Shown here: positions 39,314-49,159 of the stretch, one piece after another
Position numbering within the stretch: position 1 is the stretch's first letter
Layout: every line of letters begins with the position of its first letter
NCBI GenBank assembly: GCA_964580215.1
Contig: CAZOJT010000009.1
Coordinates: 15,991 to 79,990 of the forward strand
Direction of reading: 5' to 3'
Source: an uncultured Ignavibacteria bacterium
GTDB taxonomy: Bacteria; Zixibacteria; MSB-5A5; SM1-73
Length of the DNA stretch: 64,000 bases
The notes under the pieces: generated by a model
The model's input: the letters and a program-made list of their open reading frames with translations, nothing else
The model's database searches: none
Told to the model about the DNA's origin: nothing
Position numbers and translations under genes: made by a program

Positions 39314-40300
39314 ATGGCATCTATAAATTATGCCTTCAAGGAGATCTCGTGTAAGATAGTTTTCTACGGTCCCGGACTTTCCGGAAAAACCACCAACCTC
39401 CAATACGTTCATCAAAAGATCCCGCCTCAGACCAGAGGGAACTTGATCTCTTTAGCCACTGATCAGGACAGAACCCTTTATTTTGATTTTCTTCCAGTGG
39501 ACATCGGCAAGATACATGGGTTTTCCACCAAGTTTCAGCTTTACACCGTCCCCGGGCAGGTGTATTACAATGCTACCAGAAAGCTGGTCTTAAGAGGTGT
39601 GGATGGTTTGGTCTTCGTGGCAGACTCCCAAAAATCCAAAATGGATGAGAACATGGAAAGCTTTCAGAATCTGGTGGAAAATCTGTCAGAATACGGATAC
39701 GACATAGACAAGATTCCTTTAGTGTTTCAATATAACAAAAGAGACTTTCCTGACATCAGCTCGTTGGAGGAACTAGGGAAAGCATTAAACCCTGAGGGGC
39801 TTCCCTACTTTGAAGCGGTTGCCACCAAAGGGATAGGTGTATTTGATGTCCTGAAGTGTATCAGCAAATTGGTCTTGGATCAAGCCAAACGTAGACAACT
39901 CTTTCCGGAAAGGGAGATTGAAACCGAGGAGGTTGAAAAAGCGCCGGCTTTGCTGAGTCTCTCCCAGATGCCGCAAACTGAGCAAATGGCAGAAGCTTTG
40001 AACTCCTCAACCCCTGTTGAGAACTTGACCCAAGAGGCGGTAACCACCATCACCCAAAAGAAACCTGAGCCTCCAGCAGAGGAGATAACCCCAAAGCCAC
40101 AAGATACCCACAAAGAAACAAAACCCGAAATCGAGTTGGATATAGGAGAAATCGCCGAGAAAGAAAAGGTGAAGATGGATCAGATTCCCTCCAGGGAGAG
40201 CCCCACCATAATAAGCTGGTCAGCCGGAAAATCCGGCAAAAAGACCAAATCGAAAGGATTCTTTTTATGGCGCTTTGTGAATAAACTTTTCAATAGATAG
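39314..40300 (+). CDS. mglA: MglA-family Ras-like GTPase with ~130-aa C-terminal extension
   Basis: Residues 1-195 align to Myxococcus MglA at roughly 60-65% identity: P-loop GPGLSGKTT, switch I DRTLYFDF (Arg finger), TVPGQ (catalytic Gln), NKRD. The extension is an acidic/Pro-rich linker ending in the basic amphipathic tail KSGKKTKSKGFFLWRFVNKLFNR. Confidence 0.85.
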   Translation: MASINYAFKEISCKIVFYGPGLSGKTTNLQYVHQKIPPQTRGNLISLATDQDRTLYFDFLPVDIGKIHGFSTKFQLYTVPGQVYYNATRKLVLRGVDGLVFVADSQKSKMDENMESFQNLVENLSEYGYDIDKIPLVFQYNKRDFPDISSLEELGKALNPEGLPYFEAVATKGIGVFDVLKCISKLVLDQAKRRQLFPEREIETEEVEKAPALLSLSQMPQTEQMAEALNSSTPVENLTQEAVTTITQKKPEPPAEEITPKPQDTHKETKPEIELDIGEIAEKEKVKMDQIPSRESPTIISWSAGKSGKKTKSKGFFLWRFVNKLFNR

Positions 40301-40309
40301 AGCGGAGGT

Positions 40310-40822
40310 GTGAAATTGAGACAGGAGGATCTGGTAATCTATGAGGAGCAGATCGAAAAGATAGAGAAAGCTCTGAGCAGGTTAATCGAGGATGCACAAG
40401 CCAAGTGTGTGCTCCTGGTGGACAAGGATGGCCATTTGATCACTCGTCAGGGTTTCACTCAATCTTTGGATACCACTGCCCTGGCGGCGCTTTTAGCTGG
40501 AAGCTTTGCCTCCACCCGAGAGATTGCCCGTCTGGTGGGAGAGCCGGAGTTTTCCGTTCTTTTCCATCAGGGCAAGAAGGATCATATTCATATCACTCTG
40601 GTGGGGGAAAGGACCATTCTGGCGGTCGTCTTTGATGATCGAACCACCATCGGCATGGTTCGGCTTTATGCTAAAGAGGCTACTGAAAATCTGGGAAAGG
40701 TTTTCTCTTCTGCCAACCGTCAGGACCGCCAAACTGAAGAGGAGAAGAAAACCGACTTAGATTCAGAGTTTTCGACTTCTTTAGAAAACAGGCTGGATGA
40801 TATCTTTTCTGAGCAATCCTGA
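40310..40822 (+). CDS. mglB: MglB (Roadblock/LC7 GAP of MglA)
   Basis: Aligns along its full length with M. xanthus MglB (VLLVDKDGHLI…DTTALAAL…GMVRLYAKEA…DDIFSE). Confidence 0.8.
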   Translation: MKLRQEDLVIYEEQIEKIEKALSRLIEDAQAKCVLLVDKDGHLITRQGFTQSLDTTALAALLAGSFASTREIARLVGEPEFSVLFHQGKKDHIHITLVGERTILAVVFDDRTTIGMVRLYAKEATENLGKVFSSANRQDRQTEEEKKTDLDSEFSTSLENRLDDIFSEQS

Positions 40823-40969
40823 TGGAGGATATCTCAAAAGTCCGAGAAAGGGAAGTTTTCAAAAGTGTATCATCGGGTTGAGCAGAGAAAGTGTGAACAC
40901 ATCTGAGAAACAACAAAATGAGCAGTCTCATCATATAGAGTGACCTTAAGTGAGATTCTGAGTTTTTAG

Positions 40970-42670
40970 GTGAAAGTTATGTCAAGCGAATTAGGAGAAA
41001 TGCTGGTTAAGGCAGGCAAGATATCGGGGGAACAGCTTACCCAGGCTTTGGACTTACAAAAAACCAACAAGGAGAAGTTAGGGGATATTCTGATTAAGAC
41101 GGGAGCCCTCTCCAGTGAGGAGGATCTCTCAGAATTTATCGGTAGGCAGTTAAATATTGGCGCTTTGAGGCTATCTGATATCGAGTTGAATCCAGAGGTG
41201 GTGAAGATGATTCCCCCAGACATTGCCAGAAAGTTCAACGTCATGGCCGTCGGCAAGCTGGGCAAGACTTTGATAGTAGCTATTTCGGATCCTAATAACA
41301 TTTACGTTTTAGACGCCATAAAGTTTATCACTGGATGCGCGGTTCAGCCGGTTATCAGCCCGGAGAAAGCCATCCAGAAGGCGATAGATACCTATTATCG
41401 GGATGCCGCAGGAATCGACCAGATACTTAAGGGACTGAAAGAAGGGGACCTGGAGGTGATTGAGGAGAGCGATGAGGTTCCCACCGAGCAGGACCTAATA
41501 TCCCAGGTGCAGGATAAACCTTTAGTCAAGCTGGTGGATTCCATCATCGGCGATGCCATCCGAAGAGGTTGTTCGGACATTCACATAGAAACCTATGAAA
41601 AAAGAATAAGGGTCAGATCCAGATTGGATGGAAATTTGCAAGAGATGTCTCCCCTACCTTTCAAATATCGTGCCGCTATCGTTTCCAGGATAAAGATAAT
41701 GGCGGATTTAGACATCTCTGAGAGAAGATTGCCTCAGGATGGCAGGATAAAGGTGAAGTTCGGTGATCGGGCAGTGGATCTAAGAGTATCCGTTCTTCCC
41801 ACCATATTTGGGGAGAAGGTGGTGATGCGAATTCTGGATCCGGGGAGCGTTAACGTCGATTTAACAAAATTAGGTTTCCCGCAACACTCTCTTAAGAAGT
41901 TCGAAAAAACCATCCACCTTCCCTACGGCATGATCCTGGTGACTGGTCCCACCGGAAGTGGGAAAACCACCACCCTCTATTCTGCCTTAAAACAGATTAA
42001 CACCACGGATATCAATATAATGACCGCCGAAGATCCGGTGGAGTTCAATTTCGAGGGAATAAATCAGGTGGCGGTGAAAAGCGAGATCGGACTGACCTTT
42101 GCCGCTTCTTTAAGGTCGTTTTTGAGGCAGGACCCGGACGTAATCATGGTAGGAGAGATCAGGGATACCGAGACCGCAGAGATCGCGGTGAGAGCCGCCT
42201 TAACCGGACATTTGGTCTTCTCCACCCTGCATACCAACGATGCTCCCAGCACCATCGACCGGTTGATCGATATGGACATTCCCAACTACCTGGTGGCTTC
42301 CTGTGTCAGGTTGATCATGGCTCAAAGGATGGTGCGCAAGATCTGCCCTAATTGTAAACACCAGGTTCAAATTCCCTCAGAGACCCTCCAGATGCTGGGA
42401 CTTGTTGACAACGAAATCAAAGGTCTCAAAGTTTATGAAGGGAAGGGTTGTTCGGAATGCAATAATACCGGCTATTCAGGAAGAACCGGTATTTTTGAGG
42501 TGATGCCCATGACTCCTGCAATTGAAAGGATGATAGTTTCCAGAGCCTCCAGCGCGGAGATAAGGCAACAGGCTATAACCGAGGGCATGCTCACTTTAAG
42601 AGTTGCCGCTTTGGATAAGTTAAAGCAAGGCGTTACCACTGTAGAAGAGGTTTTAGCAGTAACTGCTTGA
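40970..42670 (+). CDS. pilB: type IV pilus assembly ATPase PilB
   Basis: T2SSE_N domain, Walker A GPTGSGKTT, Asp box, tetracysteine motif CPNC…CSEC. Confidence 0.9.
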   Translation: MKVMSSELGEMLVKAGKISGEQLTQALDLQKTNKEKLGDILIKTGALSSEEDLSEFIGRQLNIGALRLSDIELNPEVVKMIPPDIARKFNVMAVGKLGKTLIVAISDPNNIYVLDAIKFITGCAVQPVISPEKAIQKAIDTYYRDAAGIDQILKGLKEGDLEVIEESDEVPTEQDLISQVQDKPLVKLVDSIIGDAIRRGCSDIHIETYEKRIRVRSRLDGNLQEMSPLPFKYRAAIVSRIKIMADLDISERRLPQDGRIKVKFGDRAVDLRVSVLPTIFGEKVVMRILDPGSVNVDLTKLGFPQHSLKKFEKTIHLPYGMILVTGPTGSGKTTTLYSALKQINTTDINIMTAEDPVEFNFEGINQVAVKSEIGLTFAASLRSFLRQDPDVIMVGEIRDTETAEIAVRAALTGHLVFSTLHTNDAPSTIDRLIDMDIPNYLVASCVRLIMAQRMVRKICPNCKHQVQIPSETLQMLGLVDNEIKGLKVYEGKGCSECNNTGYSGRTGIFEVMPMTPAIERMIVSRASSAEIRQQAITEGMLTLRVAALDKLKQGVTTVEEVLAVTA

Positions 42671-42801
42671 CCATATCAAAAGAGTTAAAAGGACATGGAG
42701 GGAAACAAAAGGCCGGTTTAAGAATCAAATTCCCAAGTCGATAATATATAAGGGAACTTTTTACCTTAAGATCTGGGATAAAGAAAAAACAGGAGCAAAA
42801 G

Positions 42802-43896
42802 ATGGTCACCTTACGGGAACTCTTGGAATTAATCGTGAAGAAGAATGCCTCCGACCTTCATTTAACTGTGGGTTCGCCACCCCGGTTGAGAATAGATGGA
42901 AAGCTGGTCAAAACCGATTTTGATATTTTAACCGCAGAGGGGACCAAAAAGCTGGCTTACAGCATAATGAATGAGAAGCAGAGGCAGAAATTTGAGGAGA
43001 AAAGCGAACTTGACCTTTCCTTTGGGATTGAAAACTTGAGCAGATTCAGGTGTAACGTTTTTATGCAGAGGGGGAATGTGGCGGTAGCTATAAGACAGAT
43101 CCCTTTCCGCATCCCCAGTTTCGAGGAGTTAGGCATACCCAAGGTGGTAGCCGAGTTGGCTGAGTTGCCCCGGGGTTTGGTGCTGATAACCGGACCCACC
43201 GGAAGCGGAAAATCCACCAGCTTAGCCGCCCTGATCAATAAGGTAAACCAGGAAAGATACTGTCACATCCTGACGGTGGAGGATCCCATCGAGTATCTTC
43301 ATCGGCACAATTGTTCACTGATCAACCAGAGGGAGGTTTATGCCGATACCCAGTCCTTTGCCAGTGCTTTAAAATACGCCCTAAGAGAGGATCCGGATGT
43401 GGTTTTAGTGGGAGAGATGAGAGATTTAGAAACCATGGAAGCCACCTTAAACATCTCCGAGACCGGACATTTAGCCTTTGCCACACTGCATACCAACTCC
43501 TGTGCCGAGTCGATTAACAGAATCATCGACGTGTTTCCCAGCAATCAGCAGGAGCAGGTTCGGGTTACCGTCTCCTTCGTTTTGCAGGCGGTGATAAGCC
43601 AGCAGTTGATCCCCCAAATAGGAGGAGGGAGGGTGTTGGCTTTGGAGATCATGATCTGCACACCGGCCATCAGGGCATTAATCCGGGATGATAAGATTCA
43701 TCAGATCTATAGCCTGATGCAGGCGGGACAGAAGTATGGCATGAGGACTATGAATCAATCTTTAGCCGAGCTTTATCTGAAACATAAAATCACCCTGGGT
43801 GACGCTATGGGAAGAAGCTCAAATGTGCAGGAGCTGAATGAGCTTTTAGCTAGAAAATCTGAGATAAGCCGGCAACGGCGTACAGCTGGAGTATAA
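42802..43896 (+). CDS. pilT: twitching motility retraction ATPase PilT
   Basis: N-terminal ASDLHLTVGSPPRLRIDG, Walker A GPTGSGKST, AIRALIRD motif. Confidence 0.9.
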   Translation: MVTLRELLELIVKKNASDLHLTVGSPPRLRIDGKLVKTDFDILTAEGTKKLAYSIMNEKQRQKFEEKSELDLSFGIENLSRFRCNVFMQRGNVAVAIRQIPFRIPSFEELGIPKVVAELAELPRGLVLITGPTGSGKSTSLAALINKVNQERYCHILTVEDPIEYLHRHNCSLINQREVYADTQSFASALKYALREDPDVVLVGEMRDLETMEATLNISETGHLAFATLHTNSCAESINRIIDVFPSNQQEQVRVTVSFVLQAVISQQLIPQIGGGRVLALEIMICTPAIRALIRDDKIHQIYSLMQAGQKYGMRTMNQSLAELYLKHKITLGDAMGRSSNVQELNELLARKSEISRQRRTAGV

Positions 43897-44040
43897 TTCG
43901 CAGGAGTGAAATTAAGGAAAACTCAAAACAAAAGCATAACTTTTCAGATAGCGCAGACATTTACTCTAAGAAGCCTGATTAGGCTCTTGTGGAGAGAATC
44001 GGGCTTTAGGGGTGACAGTTTCTGAGGGAAGGAGGTTAAA

Positions 44041-45240
44041 TTGCCAGTTTTCACCTATAAGGGAAGGACATTAGGGGGAACTCAAGTTACAGGTGAGTTG
44101 AAGGTAAAAAACCGGGCTGAGTTGGAAAGGATCCTGCGGAGCAAAAAGGTTTTAGTGTCTCAGGTCTCCACCAAGCCTTCTCAGATAAGCATAAGAATCG
44201 GCACCGGAATAAAGAAGGTGCATATCTCCCGATTCACCCGGCAATTCGCCACCATGATCGGAGCCGGACTCCCCATGGTCCAATGTCTGGAGATATTATC
44301 CCAGCAGATGGAATCAGCAGAACTGAGAAGGGTCGTCGGCGAGATAAAGGAAAGCGTGCAGGCAGGTACCACCTTGTCAGAAGCCTTAGCCCGACACAAA
44401 AAGGTCTTTGATGATCTTTATGTTAATATGGTGGACGCGGGTGAGATCGGAGGAGCTTTAGACACCATTCTGGTTCGACTGGCCATTTACCGGGAAAAGG
44501 CAGATGCTCTGGTGCGTAAGGTAAAAGGAGCCTTAATCTATCCGGCGGTGGTGATGACCGTAGCTATCGGAGTCACCTTCATCATGTTGACTTACATAGT
44601 TCCCGTCTTTGCCAAGATGTTTTCCGGTCTGGGCGCGGAGTTACCTGCCCCCACTCAGTTCATTCTGTCTTTGAGTGCATTCATCCGAGGCAATATCTTA
44701 ACCGGAGTAGTTCTGTTGGTCCTTTTGATCATCGCATATAAATTTTATTCAAGGACCGATAAAGGCAGATACAATATTGATTACCTGAAGTTGCGAATTC
44801 CGCTTATTGGGGATTTGATAAGGAAGAGTTCCATCGCAAGATTTTCGCGCACACTGGGAACCTTGATCTCCTCAGGAGTTTCCATTCTGGATGCGCTGGA
44901 CATCACCGCCCGCGCATCGGGCAATCGGGTGATACATGATGCCATAAAAAAATCGGTTCTCTCCATCGCAGAAGGAGAAACCATAACCCAGCCTTTGAAG
45001 CAGTGTGGAGTCTTTCCTCCCATGGTTACCCAGATGATCTCAGTGGGAGAAAAAACCGGAGGGCTGGATGAGATGCTTTCCAAGATTGCCGACTTCTATG
45101 ATGAGGAGGTGGACGCCGCCGTGGCGGCTTTAACCTCCGTCATTGAGCCGGTGATCATAGTTTTCATGGGAGTGGTGATCGGAGGAATCTTGATAGCCAT
45201 GTACCTCCCTATGTTCGATATTATTGGAAAGATAAGCTAA
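44041..45240 (+). CDS. pilC: type IV pilus platform protein PilC (GspF family)
   Basis: Two T2SF repeats; 3 TM. Confidence 0.85.
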   Translation: MPVFTYKGRTLGGTQVTGELKVKNRAELERILRSKKVLVSQVSTKPSQISIRIGTGIKKVHISRFTRQFATMIGAGLPMVQCLEILSQQMESAELRRVVGEIKESVQAGTTLSEALARHKKVFDDLYVNMVDAGEIGGALDTILVRLAIYREKADALVRKVKGALIYPAVVMTVAIGVTFIMLTYIVPVFAKMFSGLGAELPAPTQFILSLSAFIRGNILTGVVLLVLLIIAYKFYSRTDKGRYNIDYLKLRIPLIGDLIRKSSIARFSRTLGTLISSGVSILDALDITARASGNRVIHDAIKKSVLSIAEGETITQPLKQCGVFPPMVTQMISVGEKTGGLDEMLSKIADFYDEEVDAAVAALTSVIEPVIIVFMGVVIGGILIAMYLPMFDIIGKIS

Positions 45241-45296
45241 ATTATATCCAACAAGTTTGACTGAAGCGGAGAGATAAGATTTAGAATTGTTCATGC

Positions 45297-45331
45297 ACCA
45301 CTGTGCTTTTTGGCAGTGGTGTAAATTTTTA
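45297..45331 (+). terminator. hairpin caccactg…cagtggtg followed by T-rich tract
   Basis: 8-bp stem downstream of pilC. Confidence 0.45.
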
Positions 45332-45727
45332 AGCCTTTCCTTGGTTTTAAAATCTAAGATTATAGAGCTTACAACTTTTATTGAGTTACGCGTGAGCAAT
45401 GGAAAATCTTTCTTTTCTCCTTTAATCCCCCTTTGGTATGAACCATATGGTTCATACCTTTGTCCCCCTTTATAAAAGGGGGATTGAGGGGGATTATAAA
45501 AAAGAGGAGATTGTGGTCGATGAAAAATTTTTCCGTTACTTATACGGAGATCAGTAATTACAAAGTCAAGTGAGCTTAATAAGGCAATCGATCAGAACCG
45601 TACGTTACTGCCATTTCGTCCATGAAAAGAAAAAGTAAGGCGAAAAAAACATTACAGTTTTGCTTTCTGATAAGACGCAACCTTATGAGTGAGTCGGTAT
45701 TTTAAAGAAAAGCCCAAATCAGGTTAG

Positions 45728-47497
45728 ATGCAGATGGATGTGAACAAATCAGAACTCTCTTATTCTAAAATCCCCTGGCTTCTTTTGTCACGCCTCTCCA
45801 TATTTATTCTGTTGTTGATAATTGTGGTTCTCTTTTTCCATGTGCCGGATTTTCTGGTGCTGCCCTTCACCATTTACTCTTTTGTAACCCTATCTCTTCT
45901 TTTGCTCATTGCGTTCGACCAGAGACGAACTCAAAAGCTACTATTTAATGCCGTAGTGATTTTGCAACTCATCTTGGAGATTGTAGTCGAGACCGGGGTG
46001 GTTTATCATACCGGTGGCATAGACAGTCCCTTCGCCATTCTTTTTATTTTGACCATCCTCTCCGCCAGCCTGATTTATCGATTGATCGGAAGTGTGCTTT
46101 TGGCTGGTTTATCCAGCCTGGCTTATGTTTCTATTCTCTGGTTTGAGGGAGGATTGGAATTTTCCTTCAAAAGCCTACTTTTGATTAGCGATGCCTCATT
46201 TTATGAGGCTTTTCTTTACATCTGCACCTTCTTTCTGGTGGCTTTTATAAGTGGCTATCTATCGGAAAAATTGAAAGTGAAAAGGGAAGAGTTGTGGAGT
46301 GCTTCTCTGGAGTTAAGCAAGATTAAAACGGATACGGACGATATACTAAGGCATCTGAAAAGCGGTCTGATAACCGTCGACACCTGGGGAAGAATCGTTT
46401 ATTTTAACCGGGCGGCAGAGGAGATACTGGGATATTCTGAAGTGGAGGTGAAAGGGAAAGATTGCCGGGACGTGTTCAAGCAAAGAATGCCCCAACTGGC
46501 GGAAAAAATATTTCAACCGATAAAATTCAACCAGGAGGATTCGAGGGGTCTCCTGCATATCGAAGGTAAAAACAACCGAAAGATTCCCATCGGGATAAGC
46601 ACATCCATTCTGAGAGATAGAGAAAAGGGAGCGAGGGGAGTGATCGCCATATTTCAAGATATCACCGAGGTGATGAAATTGGAGGAAAGACTCAGGATGG
46701 CCGACAGATTGGCCGCAGTGGGTGAACTCTCAGCCGGGATCGCTCATGAGATACGGAATCCTTTAGCCTCCATCTCCGGGTCGGTGGAAGTTTTAAAGGG
46801 GGAGCTTTCCTTGGCCGAGGAGGATCGAAGACTTTTGGATTTGATTATCAAAGAGAGCGGAAGGCTGAATCGGATTCTGACAGATTTCTTAGAATATGCT
46901 CGTATCGGTCCTTCGATGTTGAGCAAGGTGGAGTTAGTCCGTATTTTAGATGATGTTATAGAGATCGCTAAGAAGCATCCGTCTTTTGAAGAAAATATCT
47001 CAATAAAGAAAATCTTCTCTTCAGATGTCCGATATGTTTTAGGTGAAGAGAATCAGATAAAGCAGATATTTCTAAACCTTTTAGTAAATGCCATGGAATC
47101 AATGGAAGTCAGGTGGGGAGAGATATTGATAACTGACCGGACCTTAAATCAATTAGATCAATTTTACTTTACCCAGGAGGAGCCGGAGGAATCGGAATGG
47201 ATTGCTGTTGCCATCGCTGATCAAGGAAAAGGAATGACCGAGGAACAGAAGGAAAAAGTTTTTTCGCCATTTTATTCCACCAAAAAGAATGGCACCGGTC
47301 TGGGACTGTCGATAGTGCAGAGATTGATAAACAATCTGGGTGGAAGAATAGAATTTCGCAGTCAGCCGGGCAAAGGCTCTGTATTTGTACTTTATCTACA
47401 GAAATATGTGAAAAGGAAAGCCAGGTTATCTCAAACGGTTCACATCGCAAATTTAGCAGACTTAGATGTTTGCACTCCAGAACTTCGGCAAACATAA
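45728..47497 (+). CDS. membrane sensor histidine kinase (PilS/NtrB-like; 6-TM, PAS, HisKA, HATPase_c)
   Basis: H-box AGIAHEIRNPLASI; G boxes GTGLGLSIV and GKGSVF; PAS-like segment. Confidence 0.8.
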   Translation: MQMDVNKSELSYSKIPWLLLSRLSIFILLLIIVVLFFHVPDFLVLPFTIYSFVTLSLLLLIAFDQRRTQKLLFNAVVILQLILEIVVETGVVYHTGGIDSPFAILFILTILSASLIYRLIGSVLLAGLSSLAYVSILWFEGGLEFSFKSLLLISDASFYEAFLYICTFFLVAFISGYLSEKLKVKREELWSASLELSKIKTDTDDILRHLKSGLITVDTWGRIVYFNRAAEEILGYSEVEVKGKDCRDVFKQRMPQLAEKIFQPIKFNQEDSRGLLHIEGKNNRKIPIGISTSILRDREKGARGVIAIFQDITEVMKLEERLRMADRLAAVGELSAGIAHEIRNPLASISGSVEVLKGELSLAEEDRRLLDLIIKESGRLNRILTDFLEYARIGPSMLSKVELVRILDDVIEIAKKHPSFEENISIKKIFSSDVRYVLGEENQIKQIFLNLLVNAMESMEVRWGEILITDRTLNQLDQFYFTQEEPEESEWIAVAIADQGKGMTEEQKEKVFSPFYSTKKNGTGLGLSIVQRLINNLGGRIEFRSQPGKGSVFVLYLQKYVKRKARLSQTVHIANLADLDVCTPELRQT

Positions 47498-47615
47498 ATG
47501 CCTGCACTTCAAATTTCTTAGAAAACTACTTTTTGAAAGACGATGTAAATCCAGTTTGACAAAGAAACAATGGTGGTCCTCCGCCTGCTGCGATCCCAGA
47601 TGATCGAAACTCATA

Positions 47616-47645
47616 GCCGCCCACTTCAGGGCGGTTATTTTTTTC
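47616..47645 (+). terminator. rho-independent terminator
   Basis: gccgccc…gggcggt stem followed by TATTTTTTT. Confidence 0.5.
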
Positions 47646-47756
47646 AGATTCTGCTTGGAAATTGGCAAAATCCGGTTATATTAAATTAGAGAACACGGAA
47701 AACTCTAAATATAACTCAGGCGTTTTATGGCAATTCCGATTTTTGGGAAAATAACC

Positions 47757-48698
47757 ATGAAAAAGTTTTTGATTCTCTGCTCATTGATTTTTACCCTGTT
47801 TATCTCAAATCCCCTACAAGCAAGAATCATCCACGTGCCTGCTGATTTCTCCACCATTCAGGCGGGCATCAACGGTGCAGTCGATGGCGATACGGTCTTG
47901 GTGGCAAGAGGACATTACTACGAAAGGATAAATTTTGCCGGTACTGCCATCTTAGTTGCCAGCAATTTTATTTTTGATAATGACACAACCACCATCGATT
48001 CCACTGTCATTGACGGTGAAAATACTGGTACTGTAGTCGTATTTCCGGGATCAGCCTCAACTCTTCAAGGATTCACTATCACTAACGGATATTCAACGGA
48101 GGGTGAAAGAACCTACGGCTGGTCTGGTAAGTCTATAATTACCAACAATATCATGACTGGCGACTATGCCAATTACGCGGATGCCGAAATTCACCGTGAG
48201 GATGGCCCACCTGTGATAACGAACAATATTATCATTGGTAACGATGGTGATGGAATCTACTGTAAAGGTTACGTGCCGAAAATCACCAAGAATACCACAT
48301 CAAACAACTTCACTGCCCCTGGCGGAGGAATCTCCTGCTGGTCCGTTACCCCCACAATCAAACATAATGTCGTAACAAATAACTCTGGTAATGGTATCTA
48401 CTGCGAAACATCTTCACCTACAATTGACAGCAACAATGTAATTAACAATGGTGGTAGTGGAATCCGTTGCGAGGAGTTCTCCTCGCCCACCATCGGTAGT
48501 AATGCTATTCTCAGCAACTCATTTGGTGGGATCTATTGCAGGGAATATTCGTCGCCTACCATCATCAACAATACTATAATCGATAACTCTACCGAAATTG
48601 AGCGTGGTGGAATCTTCTGCCAGTGGGGTTCCTCTTTAAAGACACTTAGTCATTTATTTTGGACCATTTGTGTCTGTCATTTAAATATAACAAATTAA
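47757..48698 (+). pseudogene. right-handed parallel beta-helix (PbH1) repeat protein, apparently 3'-truncated
   Basis: Signal peptide, then ~6 PbH1 repeats (NNIIIGNDGDGIYC, NNSGNGIYCE, NNGGSGIRCE). The ORF ends in non-homologous residues and is followed by ~430 bp of repeat-rich non-coding DNA. No C-terminal sorting domain is present. Confidence 0.45.
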
Positions 48699-49074
48699 TA
48701 AAATCCAATCAAGAAATTTATCACATTTGTAGAGACCAAATACAAATCATACACTTTTTGAGAAAAAGATTAGGCAACACCCAAGAGAGAAGATATGCGT
48801 ATGCATTCATACGAATCTTTCCCTCCTCTGGAGTCTCTTTTTTCTCAATTAGATTAAACTCCTCCGGGGGGAGATGTCCATTGTTTTTTTATCTCATCCC
48901 GCCAAAGGCGGGACTCCTCTGCCCTCAATCTTTGACCTCCATCTTTTCCACCCCGCCTGTCAATCTTGGCGGACAGGCAATCCGCTACCTCCTTTTTTCC
49001 ATTTCTTCCATAAACCAACAGGTCAGTTGACTCAAATGAGGGGATACCATCTCCCTTCCTTTTCCCACAAATTC

Positions 49075-49159
49075 CCACCTTTTTGCTTGACTTTTTTGTA
49101 CCTTGGGGTTAATTTATATGGAGCGATTGGTTTAAGTAATTAAATAGGAGGATTCCAAA
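49075..49159 (+). promoter_or_regulatory. duplicated promoter/5' UTR of the BNR genes (second copy at 51075-51158)
   Basis: Near-identical 85-nt blocks containing TTGACT and an AGGAGG SD precede both genes. Confidence 0.4.
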
